Shown: in pieces, positions 1 through 13,662 of the stretch
How positions within the stretch are numbered: position 1 is the first letter of the stretch
Layout of the letters: each line of letters begins with the position of its first letter
Origin: Perkinsus chesapeaki ATCC PRA-425
Taxonomy: Eukaryota > Protista > Perkinsozoa
DNA length: 46,090 nt
Direction of reading: 5' to 3'
Assembly (NCBI GenBank): GCA_013115145.1
Contig: JAAPAO010000258.1
Coordinates: forward strand, 1 to 46,090
Translations under genes and position numbers: made by a program
Notes under the pieces: model-generated
Seen by the model: only the letters and a program-made list of their open reading frames with translations
Told to the model about the DNA's origin: nothing
The model's database searches: none

Positions 1-869
1 TGCATAGTAACGAGATCTGCCACCTCTATTGCCAGAAGCAAAGAACCGTTGCACCATCATTCGACAGGCAGCCCTGGAGGCATACGATGCATCAAGAATA
101 ATCGTAAGGCAACAGAGCCAGATTTGAACTAACTCAGTTGGCTGCATCCTACACAAGGTCAATGCTATGGCGTCATCCGTCGCTGTCCTCTGCGGCTGCA
201 TCTTCACACCAGTCAAGGCAGATTGGTAGGTTATAGGAATGCTGAGGAGACATAAGATTTCTCTCAGTGCTATGAGCGGTAACCCATACACATGCGGATT
301 CCCAGTAACAACATTATCACAGTAGGATTAGCATCAACTTCAGCTATTTTAGTCTCGAGCTTACGAAGGCTTATATTATACCTCGGAGACATTGTGGGAG
401 GCAGTCAAACTAAGTAAGCTAATGAAAACCAATATTGCCGCCTCAACAGAGTGGATTCCTATCTCCAGCAACGAACCGCTGCCGCATCAACTGAGGCGAA
501 TTGCGATAATAGCCTTTTTGATAATAGCAACAAGTTTTCGGTATCTCGGGTGTAGCGTTCAGCACAATCCAGACCCAGTACCGTAAGCTCAAAGAGTTTG
601 AATAATACGAAATGGCTTTGTAACAACTCGGTAGCATACGAATCGAAAGCCTTGACAAAAGCGTTGCGCCAGCTGATATTTACTCGTATGCTTTAGTTTA
701 TAGCACGCTTCATGAATTGGATGCTTACGAAACAGACGTCTTGCGGTTATTCGCTTTTTGCCGAAATGTATTATGCTCAGCAACTAATCCAACATTAAGC
801 TTGTTGCAAGAAATCAATTTAGTTAGTATACCGTGCGGCTGCATTCATGGGGGCTCAGGGCATTCTAGA

Positions 870-3800
870 GCCAATTCAAGGAGTAAGAGCGAGGCTGGGA
901 TGCTTGCTGTTTGATAAATGCTTCCGAAGTTCCTGAAGAATACCGAAGCGATTTATCCTCTGATTGAAAGGTGGGTGCAGTAGGATTCGTTCACTCCAGT
1001 GATCGGAGTCCTTACAGGTTCGATGGCTTTTTTCTGAGCTTCTAGTTTGTTCTCTCTCTGTATAACCTTCGCCCGACGCTCCCTACGCGAGAGAGAGCCG
1101 TAGCGGAGTTGAACAGCTCAACAGTGTGTACTTGAGCGCCTCATTCTCGAACTCCATTTGCCTTGCGAACCGCTCTTTTTCTTCTTCTAGCTTCGCCCGC
1201 TCACGCTCAAGCACTTCCGTCTTATGAGCCCATATGGCTTCGCGAAGGTCGAGGTCAGCCTGAACAATAAAGCATGCCGGAATAGCTCCTTTACCCGACA
1301 GGCAACAGTCAGAATTGAGCCGGTGTGAGGCTAAATTCATCAACCGACAGTGAATGTAACCAATGTAATTACATCTTCCTCGCTCCTTGCGTCATCCCAG
1401 GACTCGAGAAGGTCTTCGTCGATAGATACCTTGCGTATTGGCGACTGGTCCACCTGGGACATCCTGAAACCGACCGAAGGTACGCAACGGTGAAATGATA
1501 TGCTCGGACGAAAGGTCGATTCGAAATTAACGAATCCTCGGTAGCTATCCGAGAGGCCTGCTCAACGTTCAATAACACGCGATTACGCAAGGTCTGCCTC
1601 CCGCGCATCGAGTTCATTTCTCTGGCCGTTAAGCTGCTTCGTTGCTTCCTCAATGGCAGCTTCTGCCTCCTTCAGTTCGTCCTGAGTCAACTGGATATCG
1701 TCTGGGCATAAAATATTCTGGTACCTTTTTGGCATCCAGCTCCATCGAAACGCACTTGATCCTCGAAAGTTCTCGATCGTTGGCCTCCCTAGCCTCCGCT
1801 AAGGAGGTTCTCTCAGATGCGAGTTTCTCTTTTGCGCTCCTGGTGAACAACGCTTGATGGCAAAGTCACTCATGCCTGCGATATTACGCTAACTCTGCCT
1901 TCTCCCTCTCGAGCTCTGCGAATTTGTCTTCCAAACCTTTCGTGATCTCTTCAACGGATGCTTGTTCTCGATAGAGTTCCTCCTGAACAGCCACCCTAAA
2001 CTGCTGTGCCCGTTCAAACAGTTTACCTTTCTGAAATCCAACTCATCTACAATCGACTGCGTCTTTAGGTACTCAATCTCACTGGCCTTCTCGGCTTCTC
2101 GGAGAGCCTCACGCTCTACAGCGAGCTGCTCCAGTGCTTGGCTATGAAATGGGGTGATAATCATTCCCACAAGGCATACATTAGATTTATTACGCCAACG
2201 CTGCTTCTCTTTCCTCTAGCTCCCTAGACACCTCATTCATACGATTCGTGGCCTCCTCAGTAGCTGCCGACGCAATCTCTATATCGCGCTGAAGAGAAAA
2301 CACCCAATTATTCCATAGTAAGGTCAAGATGCGCCCTGTTCAAGGTGTTGAATGGCAAGTGATTAATCTCTCGTATTCCCACTCGCTTTAACTCAATCTC
2401 CTCTAGCATGGTCTGGTTATTCATTCGAAGATCGTCCCCTGCAGCTCGCTCTTCGTCGAGGTTCATCTTCGCAAGGTCAAGCTCTTCTATTTCTCTCCTA
2501 GATAGGCATAATTTTACCATACTGAAGCTCAGTGTGCTGTGCTCGATTCAACGGCTCCCGTCGAGCAGAACAATTCAGTGTAGCTCAAACCCACGAAACC
2601 CCACATTACATCAGCGTAGCTTTTTGGTGCGCTAGTTCGCTGCTATGATCATCCAGTCGTCTTTGAGCCTCGGCAATGGAGTTCTCTGCTTTTTCAATCT
2701 CCTCCTGAATACAAGCGAAAAGCATCGCAAGCCCGATTGTGCAAGTCGGGAAACACAAGGAGCGATACTTCATATCGATATCATGCTGGGCATCACATCT
2801 TCCTTCTTACTTTCCTAGCGTCGAGCTCTTTCAAGGCAGACTGGGTTCTCGCATGCTCGCGTTCGTTTGCATTTCTCTGTTCTATAAGGATGTTCCTCTC
2901 GGAAGACAACTCTTGACTTATCCGTCTGAGGCAATGATGTAGGGTGACGGAGGAATGATATTACTCAAGCTCTGCTTCCTTGTTCTTCAATTCGCTGGCG
3001 TCTGTATACAGCATCGACGTTCTCTCCTCGACCGCTGCTTCCCGTTTCTGAATTTCCTCCTACTCATGAACAAACTTCTGGACTGATTCTGCACCACAAC
3101 GTTCCCACTGTTCGAGCGTTCAAATCCTCCGAAGCAGCTTGTAATCTGGATAGCTCAAGCTTGACGGTCTCCTTCTCCTCCGCAATTGAAGCCTTTCCCG
3201 ACTCCAGTTCTTGGCTGGCGTGCCTGTACATACTTCATCCTCTAGCAGACGGTAGAAGAATCTCAAGTGAACAGATTACGCAAGAGCCGCTTCTTTGCTT
3301 TCGAGCTCAGCATCTCGGCCATCGAGTTGTTTGGTTGCCTCCGCCAGTGAAGCTTCTCCACGTTCAAGTTCGGCCTGTTACAGAGGAAAAAGGATAACCT
3401 CGTAGTGCGAGCCTTCACCTGCCCCCGCTCACCTCCCTCGCGTTAAGGCTCTCCAAAGCAGCTCGAACCTTAGATTTTTCCTGGTCGATTGTTTTTTTCT
3501 CTTCAGCGAGCTTCTCTTGTTCCGCGGCCACCCGCTCGCGTGCTTGTCTGGCAAACAAAAGTCCCTCTGTCTGTCACACAGCCAGAAATGTTACAGGACG
3601 GCCGTCTCCCGTCTTTCCAGCTCTTTCCTGTGCTCATCCAAACTGTGCCTTGCTTCCTCCAAACTCGCTCCCGCTTTCCTGACTTCCTCCTGAAAATGCC
3701 AATCTTGCTAATCCTTTGCGGCGGCAGCCCATCTTCATCCGCTGACCCTCACTTCCTTAATCTCTATCTCCTTCAAGGTAGCAATATTCTTTGAGCGCTC

Positions 3801-6800
3801 CTCCTCGGCGGCAGCTTTCTCCTCAGTGATCCTCTTTCGCTCTAGTGTTGTCTCTTCTCTCTCGTTTCTTAAGAGCAACAAATTGAAAAGAACTAGGTGC
3901 CGCCGAAACGGCGTAGGAAGTCTTATGATAGACGTACGCACACTCAGAGAAAAGACCGAGCAGCACGATGGCAAGGACTTCCCGAGCCTACTGAAGCTCC
4001 TGCCGCTGGGTTTCAAACGCCATCCTTTCTGCATCCAAGTTCTGTCTATCTTCTTCGATTGCCTTCTCCGTCTTACTTATCTCCTCCTAACAGATTGAAT
4101 TGCACTATAAAATTCACGATCATTGAAATACTGAGTCCCACTGGCACCGACCTTCTTTGCCTTGATGCATTGTAGAATTGTTTGAACGTTTGAACGTTCA
4201 CGCTCATTTACACCCTTTTCCTCCTTCAGTGCTTCTTTTTCCGATTCCAGTTCTTGACTCATTTGTCTGCCAGAGTGCGTGGAACAACCAAAGAGTACAT
4301 GGCAGTCGCGCTACCTGAGTTCTTCCTCCTTAACCTTCAACTGCTGCGTGTGATCATTGAGGCTCTCCAGTTTCTCATCCGCCGCCGCCTCACGCTCTTC
4401 TAGTTCCTCCTATGATAACTCGTATCATATACGTAAGGATCTAGCAACCATTTCACCTTCCTGGCACTGAGGGCATCCAGCGACGACTGGACTTCGAAGT
4501 ATTTCCGCTCATTAAATTCTCGTTCTTCTCGAAGCACGCCTCTCTCTACATTCAACTCTTCCATAGCGTATCTTACAGGAAAACTCATAAAGGTGGTCGC
4601 TTCGCTGATTCATCCGAGGTGGACTCATCGTCTACCTACTTGAGCGCCGCTTCTCGATTCTCCAGGTCGGCAGCTTGATCCTCCAATCGCGCCTTCATCT
4701 CCTCAACAGATGCTTCGGTTCGCTGCAGTTCTTCCTACACACAAACCGTTTCATTGCTCTTCCTCCAGCTCGCTCCAATAACTACCATCCTGGAGTTTAA
4801 GTCTTTCGATATCGTCTGATTTTTATCGTATTCGCACACAGCCATTTCCCTGTCTTTTGCCAGACACTGCCGCTCCACAGTCAGCTCTTCGTTTGCTTTC
4901 CTGCAACACGAAGCCATACCAGCACCGAGCTTCGTCGGTAAAGCAAGAGGCAGAAACATTTCATTATCTTACTGCAATTCCGCTTCCCTTTGTTCCAATG
5001 CAGTGCGACGCTCATCCAGTTTTTGGATCTCCTCTTTGATAGCCAGCTCTGCCGCCTCCAACTCATTCTAAATATTCAGAATCCACGCGGGACGTCGTCC
5101 ACTGGACGAAGTCTAATTCTGCCTCACTCTCTTTGCTTCAAGCTCCTCCAGCATTGCTTGGCTTTTCGAGCGTTCAGCTATACTTGCCTCCTTTTCTTCA
5201 CGAAGTGCCGCCCTCTCCAACTTTTCCTCCTCTTTCATTTTCCTAGAAACGGGTATTCTTCCAGTGCGGCATTTCATTCATTCTGGCCACGGAGTGTACT
5301 ACTGCGTATGATACTTCTAATATCAACTGTGCATTTAGCCACCCTAGCGCTACGTCAGTTCCGCCTCTAGAGTCAGTATCTCGTTGCGCTGCTCTTCTAT
5401 CCTCTTTAACTCTTCCTCAATAGCTGCTTCTCGCCTCTCAATGGCCTCCTGCAAATGAGCAATACAGCGGAATCACGGTGATACGCCCACCACCTGTCTT
5501 GTGTCCGCATTCTCCTTAGCTGCCTGGAGCTTCGAGAATTCCCAATCGCTCGCTTCTCTCTCACTTCTCAGCTTTTCTTTTTCCACGTGTAGTTCCTTCT
5601 TGGTCGCCCTGAGTAGGTTCACCTTGCCTCAAGCTCGAACGCAGATAGTTCAAAACGCTCAGGCATCATTTCTGCGTTATTACGCTAACGCCGCTTCCCT
5701 CTTCGCCAAATCGACGGCCTGATCATTGAGTTGCTTTGTCGCCTGCTCCACCGCCATCTCAGCTTTCTTGACTTCCTCCTGAATAGCGGCGAAATTCATC
5801 GAGGTCACTTCTTATTATCGACCACTTACCTTATTGGCCTTGAGCTCGGACTTCCATTTAGCCTCTTGGGCATTCAGTATTTTCTGCCGCGTTTCCAATG
5901 CGGTAAGTTTTGCATCACAGTCCTAACATCGCCAAACATATCAACTTTTCTACTGTAATTTCTATCTAATTCCTTCCTGGTCTTCTGCTGAGTTACACTC
6001 TTTGACCGTGTCACCACTTACGCAGGTCTGCTTCGTCAGGAGTTCCACCTGCTCTTTCCATTCAGCTGCCTCGTCGTGACTGCGCTTCATTTCGCCGCGG
6101 AGAACCTCTTCATGGCTCCTGAGAAAAACCCGAACACTAAATGACAAGCCCGGAATCTGTCAAATCTGTAACTCCGCCACAACAGGGTAGATACGCAGTG
6201 AATCGCCCACCGTAGCTCCTGTGCCTCAATCACCAGCCTCTCCTTCTCCCGCATAAGGCTCGTTCTCTGCGCCTCCAGTTCCATAACTTGCTCCTTGAAC
6301 TCCAGTTCTCGACTCTGCATTTTCTTTGTCTGAAATGAACCATGTAACCCACCCCTCCGTAGCGGTGAGAACCAAATCCTGATCGCCAGTATCTCACATT
6401 CTCCCACATTGCCTGCACTCGCTGTTTCTGCTTCTGCAAGTCCTCCTTGCTGCTCTTCAAATGCTGCATTTGTTCCTACACATGAGCCCATGTACCCATT
6501 GCAGCCAATCATAATACTATGAATACCCACTAAGACCCGCGATAACATAGCCACGCTCCCAACCTACTTCCATCATAGTTTTATCTCGTTCAAGTGCCCG
6601 TGCCTCTTCGCGAATCTTAGCGGCAGATTGTTTCACTTTCCTAAATAAACAGAGATACTCAATAAGTCTGCAAGGCTTCCTGAGATGTAATCACTTAGCC
6701 TCCTGCAACTCCGCTACATGACGCGCTCTTATCCTCTCCCATATCTTGCTCGCTCCACAAGTACATACTTCATGTCCTGCATCATAACCACACACAAGCA

Positions 6801-7132
6801 CGTACGCAATGTAAACCCGGTAAATGAAGCTCGCGGCCACCTACCTTTCTGTGCTAAATCGTTGATTGTTGGCCTCATGGTCGAAGGCCGAGACGCCAAA
6901 TTTGGTGCCGTTGATGTGACTACTTTCGAATCGCCACTGATAGCTGATGAATTAGAAGGCGAGGGGATCTAGGCATCAACCGTCAGCAACAAGGCGAGCA
7001 AAGCTCTCTACCCGATAGCTAGATAGGAGGGAAATATCACAGTTGCCGCTCGGATGGGCATGATGCATATTTGTGGGTGCTGAGAGAAGACATATTCAAG
7101 CGATTTGTCGGGTCGGACGAGCGACAACTCAT
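870..7132 (-). CDS. Large multi-exon coiled-coil protein built from a repeated two-exon module; both ends approximate
   Basis: About 25 short minus-strand E/K/R/A/L-rich exons with GT-AG boundaries, e.g. EELQRTEASVEEMKARLEDQAADLENREAALK (~4735-4640), EELYREQASVEEITKGLEDKFAELEREKAELA (~1985-1890), KVKQSAAKIREEARALERDKTMME (~6640-6570). No family recognised. Start ATG (7132) and last exon are tentative. Confidence 0.75.
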
Positions 7133-7662
7133 TTTCGGTCACAAGATGAATCACTACGGTCCGTAGTCTGCGGAACAGTTAATGCATTTCTATGGGGCCG
7201 TTCAGCGAGGCTGCGGATCGTTCCGGCAAGTGAAAGGATTGTACCCATTTAAAGGGGGCATGCAGTATACGGGTTTTTGAAAGGTGCTGTCACTTTTGCA
7301 GTACAGAGTTTTTCATTTCATGTACTCGCCGCCGCCTTGAGCACATACACCGGCTCCTGCTAAGCCCGTAAAAACAACATTAAACTCCCCACAAAGATAG
7401 ACCACGGTAAACAGCGATCTCACAACCGTCGACTAGGTCTATGATAGGTTAGTGGAAAGAGGCGAACATGGACTTTAGGTAGCCCTGTGTGAAAGGATCA
7501 TTATGAGAGGGGGTAAGTGGCATGCAAATAAAGTGGTGGATTAATTAAAAGCAGCCAGCTCGTCCCCCAACCGGCCTTACCTCGAATTAGAGGCGGCCAC
7601 AAGAAGGTGTCTGAATTGAAAAGAACAGGAAAACAGGAATAACAACAGCTAAACTAGCTTTT

Positions 7663-10600
7663 TCATACAATCAAGGTTCCTATGCTAGACTGAAGTCTAC
7701 TGTTCGTCAACGCCTCTGAACGCCTCACACTACCACTCAGATGCAACATTTTATCAACTATTGACCCAGCCCACCTACCTCGCCTGGTTGCTCCACTACC
7801 CCCAACACTCTTTGGCCTCGGAGGGATTCCTCGCTCATTCATGAATACGTCTTCGCCGATTAAACTACGACTTGTGTTCGGCGGCGCCAGATTTGCCGCA
7901 CCGCTCGATCGTGCCGTCATCGGCCTGAAAATCGCCGAAGTCTCACCGAACTCCGTGCGGTCCATCACAACCACCTAGCAGCCGCTTCCACAGTCCTCGG
8001 ACGAGGTCTCGGGCCCTTGGGAGGAGGGGTCATTACCGGCGGAGTCGGGGAGAGGACTACCACTGCTTTGCCAGCTCGGTCGCCGAAATCCTTCTTATCG
8101 GTCTACCACGAAGGCCGCTATTGATTGGTAATCGCACGATTACATTACGGAACATTTCTACTCGAATTCCTCTATCTATCGCGGCCTTTGTACAACTTTC
8201 TAGATCCACGTTACGAATTGTAGTGAAGAAGTTCTTGTGTATCCGCTGTCCCCTCCCTCACCGAGCAATCATGATGTCCCTCGAGCGTGTTGCTCATCTC
8301 CACATTCTCCTTGTCTCTAACAGCCAACACGCCCCCGTCCTTCCCGCACACAGCCAGGCTTTCGTTAACATCGATCGAGAACTCCAACAGTGACGGAACA
8401 TCTTCAGACTGCATGAACCCTCGCAGCATACTTCGACGAAAAGTGGAACGCCTGCCTGCCCGCTCTCCCACTGTATTGACCACGAACACTCGACACGTTG
8501 CTAGTAGATAAAGCACGCGAAATAGTACGATTCCAGGCCGCTCTTAAAGTGAATTGATTTCTCCCGTCATTTAAGGTATACAAATGCGCTCCTGCTCCAG
8601 CAACGTGATGAACAGGCAACCGCAACCGCGTCGTCGTCTTATACTTTATCGGCCAATTCTGAGCACAATGGAAGCTTCACAATAGAGATGAACGGAGTAT
8701 TCCTACGGTCTATCTGTGGCATCGGTTTGTCGTCATCCAGGTCATCCCCTCGTTTAGGCGACTCGTCATCGAGGTCGATTTCACTCACGCATTCTCCGCC
8801 GGAATCGGTCGGTGCTTCCCCGCCCGGAGATGCCACTGAGAAAGAAATCAATCAAGCCAAACCGCCAGCGCCGCTACTACCAAGATCCGGGCGGCCCAGC
8901 GGTAAAGCGTCTCTATCCTCCTGATGCTCAACCATCGAACGTATCATACTTGAGCAGTCGAGGACCTGTGGAAATGCGTATTCAATAACAGCGAATAATG
9001 GTCACCCTTGTGGAAGCCAGCACGCCGATTAGGAACCACTTGAGCTATATCAACTCTCAGATTCTCATTTTGGAGAGCCAAGCGAACAAAGAGAAGTCGA
9101 AACTAATCAAGTAGTCATCGATAGATCACTTCCGGGAGAGCTACTATTCTTAACTTCGTAAATAGTGACCTGGAAGCTAAGATTCAGCGCTTGCTAGAAG
9201 AAGGGACACTGCTGCAAGCATCAATCCGGAATGCCTGTCCCGCCCACTTACTATCTCATCAAGTGGGCCGAATCCGTGAACCCTACAGCCAGCATCCCCG
9301 ACCAATATGCATTTCTTGCTGGGCACATACACCAATGACGTCAGCGGGCATAGGTACCTGCAGGGGTGAATTCCGGAGGAGGCAGGTGATCCCAGGAATC
9401 CTACTCGTCATAGTTCTCTTCGTCCTCCCGTCGCTGGAAGTCCGCAATAGACTCGTAGTGCCGAAGAAGAATTATTTGTAACCTCGAATCCGTAGCGCGC
9501 TCTACCAGAAGTAATACCAAACCACGCGTGTGTGAGATTATTACTAACAAGCTGTCTCAGCACGATACTGCCATCAGTGCCGCCCAGAACCATCAGAGCA
9601 ACGGGCTTCTCAACCTCCTGGACATTGGCTGCTTGCTGGGCGGCCTCCTCTCCGGGCTTGGAATGCTAAAAGGAAGGCAATCGCCACTTGCCAGTAACAC
9701 TAGAAAACTAATACAGCGTGGAAGGAATTGCAAAAAGGGCTATTATTGATAGTGAAAAACGTAGTACTGACTATTATTGTTTTAAATACATAACACAGTA
9801 AGAATAAAAGCATGTTAGTCCCGGCAACGGCGAACGTATTCGAATGCGTATCACTACTTCCACTTCGACATTTTCCTATTAAAAATGGAGACGGGAAATG
9901 GTGGTGATACCATACGTTTATGGCTGGTAGTATAGGCTAACGTATAAGGAAATATTTTCCCCATATTCTCGCAGTTACCTTCTTTCCCTTCTTCTTATGA
10001 TGCTTTTTCTTAGGTGTTGTAGTGCCAGCATCAGCACCCTCCGCACTCTGTTCACGATCTCCCGCCTCCTCCGAGTTGTCATCCGATCCGTCATTCCTAG
10101 ACTCTTCCTGGTCCCCTTCCTGGTCGCCTCCCGCCCCATCAGCTGGATTGCCCCCCGCTATCACAGGCAGTTCCATCTTGACATTCAACTGCACAACAGT
10201 GAAGGCCGACAGCGGGGTTCCACAGGTCATAATAGAAGTCGGATACCTGAACCCATATTTTGGTAAGAAGGAGCAAATCCTGCCCAGCCTACACATGCTC
10301 GATGCTCCTATCCTCCCTCCTCCATAGCACTACAGTATGATGGGCTGCTAGAGTGAACACCACATCGAGCATTTCACAGTAGTTGATGCATGTGATAGCA
10401 TCATGGCTGCCATCCCCGCTAAAGCTCTGAGCCCGAGGCCTGCCACCGGCACTGGCCTCGTCGCCGCTTTCTGCTGAGGGGATTGATGAAGGGGATCTAA
10501 AGGGCAACACGTAAGCTAAGTTAAGTCCAGTCCCGCTGCCCACGTAAGCGTATCAAGCTTGGTAAATTCCCTATCAAGTACAACAATACTGCCGTTCTCC

Positions 10601-12494
10601 AGGCCAACCCAGAACTCATCGTGAAGGTAGCAGACCGCAGTTACCGCCGGAGGGGATCTCCTTCCCGGTTGTTCTGAAAACACGGACAATACCGGAGCGA
10701 AATCTGATTGCACACAGGCCACTTTCGGGCTCCGCACCGCGTTACCTTGTCCTTCACCGACATTCGGTAGAGTTAGATTGAGAACTCCTGATGGTGCAGG
10801 ACTATCCAAAGAGTTGAAGGCATACACCATTCCCGAGGTCGATCCTGTGATAAAGCGGATGACTGATAACACAACGGAGCCAAATACCACTACTACCAGC
10901 AACAACAGCTGTCCGATCCACACCTTCATCTTCCCTAGCTGGTACTATAGTCATGCAAGTTATACCATCCATCAACCCTTCAGCAGTAGTTGCCGCATCA
11001 CCCTCGGATGGTGACGTGAAGTATGTGTGAATGACCGTCTTTTGTTGTGGAGCGAATACCTAACCCTGTCGTTCTCCAGTTCTCCCCCCCTTGCTGCTAA
11101 GTTACCTCAATAAGATTCCGCTCCTGACAGCCTAAATATATAACGGGATTGCCGGCTATAAAGCCTTGACCACCGCACGTGAATGACTGACCTGATAAGA
11201 TACCACTTACCAGATACTTCCCTTTAAAGCCTAAGGATCCTATATATTGCTTTCCAAGAGATATTAGCAATAAAGATATTGTCGGGATTAATGCCGTTGA
11301 ATCGTTCAGTGAGCGAGCCTTCCCACGCTCGACGAAACACCAGAACGCACTCCAATCAGGGGGCAAGACTATAACAGCTCACATTACCCCATAAAAGTTG
11401 CTTCCGAATGGCGCGTATAGGAGCTAAAAACTGACAAGTCCTCCTAGAAAGACTCGAGCCATGGTATTTCAAGCACAACGGGAGCTCCGTAGAAAGTTTC
11501 CTTCTCCCATTTATAGTACCTTCCCGAGGTGTGTGCGAGTGCTCCAGCTTGGCCTTTTTAAACTCGTCATCCAATGAGTACAGTTCGAGTACTAACAAAC
11601 AGTGTAATAAGGCATATTAATCTTAAGGCTTATTACCGCTGGGAGTGAGACAGTAGGCTATCTCCTTGCCTTCAATTGTTATTATTCCCGACGCCAGCAC
11701 CGGGCCACGCTTACCTGTCCAACAAAGTAAATAAGAGAGCAGATGTCGATTGCTTAGCGCTTCTCGAAACGAGCCATTTCCTCATTATAATGTAAGTAGT
11801 AACAATCGTAAAACATTCTCCCCGGCAATAGTGGTACAATGATAGCAGCATATGAGGGTGACCGTGACTAGTAGGCATTCTCCGACATACCAGATAATTG
11901 TGGCCTTCCCTATCTATGTATTCCAAGCAAGCTACTATCTCTGCTAATCAACAAGGGGTCTGCTTATTATACACGCTTATGACACTATGAGCATTGGAGC
12001 ACCGCACAACTTGTGCGGCACAAGTGGAAAATAATCCGAAGAACACAGGGTTTGCAGCAGCGATTGCTTCAGCGAAGAAGAATAGTTGAGCGGAGTCCAA
12101 ACCTTCGAAGTAGAAAATTTGAGCTCGATGCAAAGTAAGAATATTTGCCAAGACTCATTGCAAGTCATGTCATCGCAATTACTTCACCCCTTCAACTGCA
12201 CAGTACCGGCCTTCTGTCTCAACAACCCAAGTTGCAAGATATGATATACATTCTAAGACGTGCTTAAGGGGCGTGATGTATCGTCAGTAATGTGACATTA
12301 CCAGACATAAGATTTATATTTACGCACTTTTGAGTAATTTTGAACAATTATTCTTATTTACAATACTTCGTGGTCAATCTTAGTCTACTCTTACCCGTTC
12401 GCTTATCGCCGAACTCCAGCTGAATCTCTAGGGCTGCACGAGACTGGCTACTTGACCACAACGAGTCTCGGAACGATGAAAGCCACTTGAACAT
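7663..12494 (-). CDS. Multi-exon WD40/beta-propeller-like hypothetical protein (could be two genes)
   Basis: First exon MFKWLSSFRDSLWSSSQSRAALEIQLEFGDKRT from ATG 12494 to a GTAAG donor. Propeller-like segments: FITGSTSGMVYAFN, AVTAVCYLHDEFWVGLENGSIVVLD, AITCINYCEMLDVVFTLAAHHTVVLW, VLGGTDGSIVLRQL, LAVCGKDGGVLAVRD..NTLEGHHDCSV. Ser/Arg-rich last exon ends at TGA 7663. Confidence 0.6.
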
Positions 12495-12952
12495 TCAAGG
12501 TGGGTATAAAAACTATGAAGCCGCCGTCGCCCCGCAAAGACCTCTTGGTAACCACTTAACTCAACACTTCAACAATGTAAGTCGATTATTATGATTATCA
12601 ATGGTAGCTGCTGTTGCTGCTGCCCACCTACTAAGGAGGCCCCCACACAAGGCGGCACTTCTAAACAGGAGGAGAGAGCAAGTAGGAAGAAAATCGAAAG
12701 CCGATGGCCGAATCGAGGCGACGAACAGATTAGCAGCGCCATCTAATGGTACTGGATCGTGCTGTCGCCACCGTCTCATCAGCGTATCAGTGATGACCAA
12801 TAGTAGTAATGGTGAATAGGAGGAATCGGAAGCGGGGGCCGTATAGACCGCAGACTTTCACTGACACTACTACTACTCAAAGGACTCGACCACACATGTG
12901 AGCTTAGTACCTAGAAAAGGCGGAATAAAGGGAACTGGTAAAATGAATTGAC

Positions 12953-13662
12953 TTACTCCTTATGAATGTTCATGGGCTTCGTGGCGAATCTATCGGGAGT
13001 CTTCACATCCCACAAGCAGCAAGTGCCGATCCACACAACGACGAACATGATGATACTAAAATGCGATGAGAGTGAAATGTGGTAGAAAAAGGTTGTTAGA
13101 CTTACGTAACAAAGGTACCAGCGAGGAAGGTGGGGGTCACAACACGCTTCATCCACCCTGCTCTGGCAAGAGCTGCCTCAACCTCTTCGATGATCTGAAC
13201 AGAGAAATAGTTGACAATGGAACGAGCACGATAGTCATGATGAAATATAAATATTAATTCATATTAAAATGTATACACCAGTAGATGTAGATGATAAATC
13301 ATAATTATTCATACCACATAGTAAAAACTTTATATGAACATGCCGAGCACAATGTGTGCTCTGTGTAACAAAAGTATGAGTGGCTGGGGCTAAAGATTTT
13401 ACCTCCTCCTGTTGCTCCTTCTTCTCTTCGGCAATCTCCTTCTTCTCCTCGGCAATCTCCTCCTTCTGCTCAGCAAGGATCGGCTTAGCCTGATCGAACT
13501 GATTGGCGGGGGCGGCCGCTGGTACGGCTACTTCCTGAATTAAAGAAATGAGAAAGGGAGAGCAGCAGCAGATGGGCTTACGGAAGCCATGGACTGCTCT
13601 TGGCCGAAGACTGAGAGGACTGCAACGATGCAGAAAACGAAGAAGGCATTGAAAGAACGCAT
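12953..13662 (-). CDS. Small type I membrane protein with Ac45/VOA1-like (V-ATPase accessory subunit S1) C-terminal TM domain
   Basis: Four exons (13662-13582, 13534-13403, 13194-13106, 13055-12953) join in frame via GT-AG introns to MRSFNAFFVFCIVAVLSVFGQ...EEKKEIAEEKKEQQEEIIEEVEAALARAGWMKRVVTPTFLAGTFVTIIMFVVVWIGTCCLWDVKTPDRFATKPMNIHKE*. Signal peptide, one TM helix and a (V/I)xTPxRF tail resemble the Ac45-VOA1 TM family. Confidence 0.7.

Noticed and set aside
1-860. Possible partial minus-strand gene at the window start
   Set aside because: An open frame runs off the edge (MQPQRTATDD...) but has no recognisable motif or convincing exon chain.
12476-12526. SECIS-like hairpin ATGAAAGCCACTTGAACATTCAAGGTGGGT on the plus strand
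   Set aside because: It lacks the 3' NGAN of the quartet, overlaps the first coding exon of a minus-strand gene, and has no plus-strand CDS upstream.
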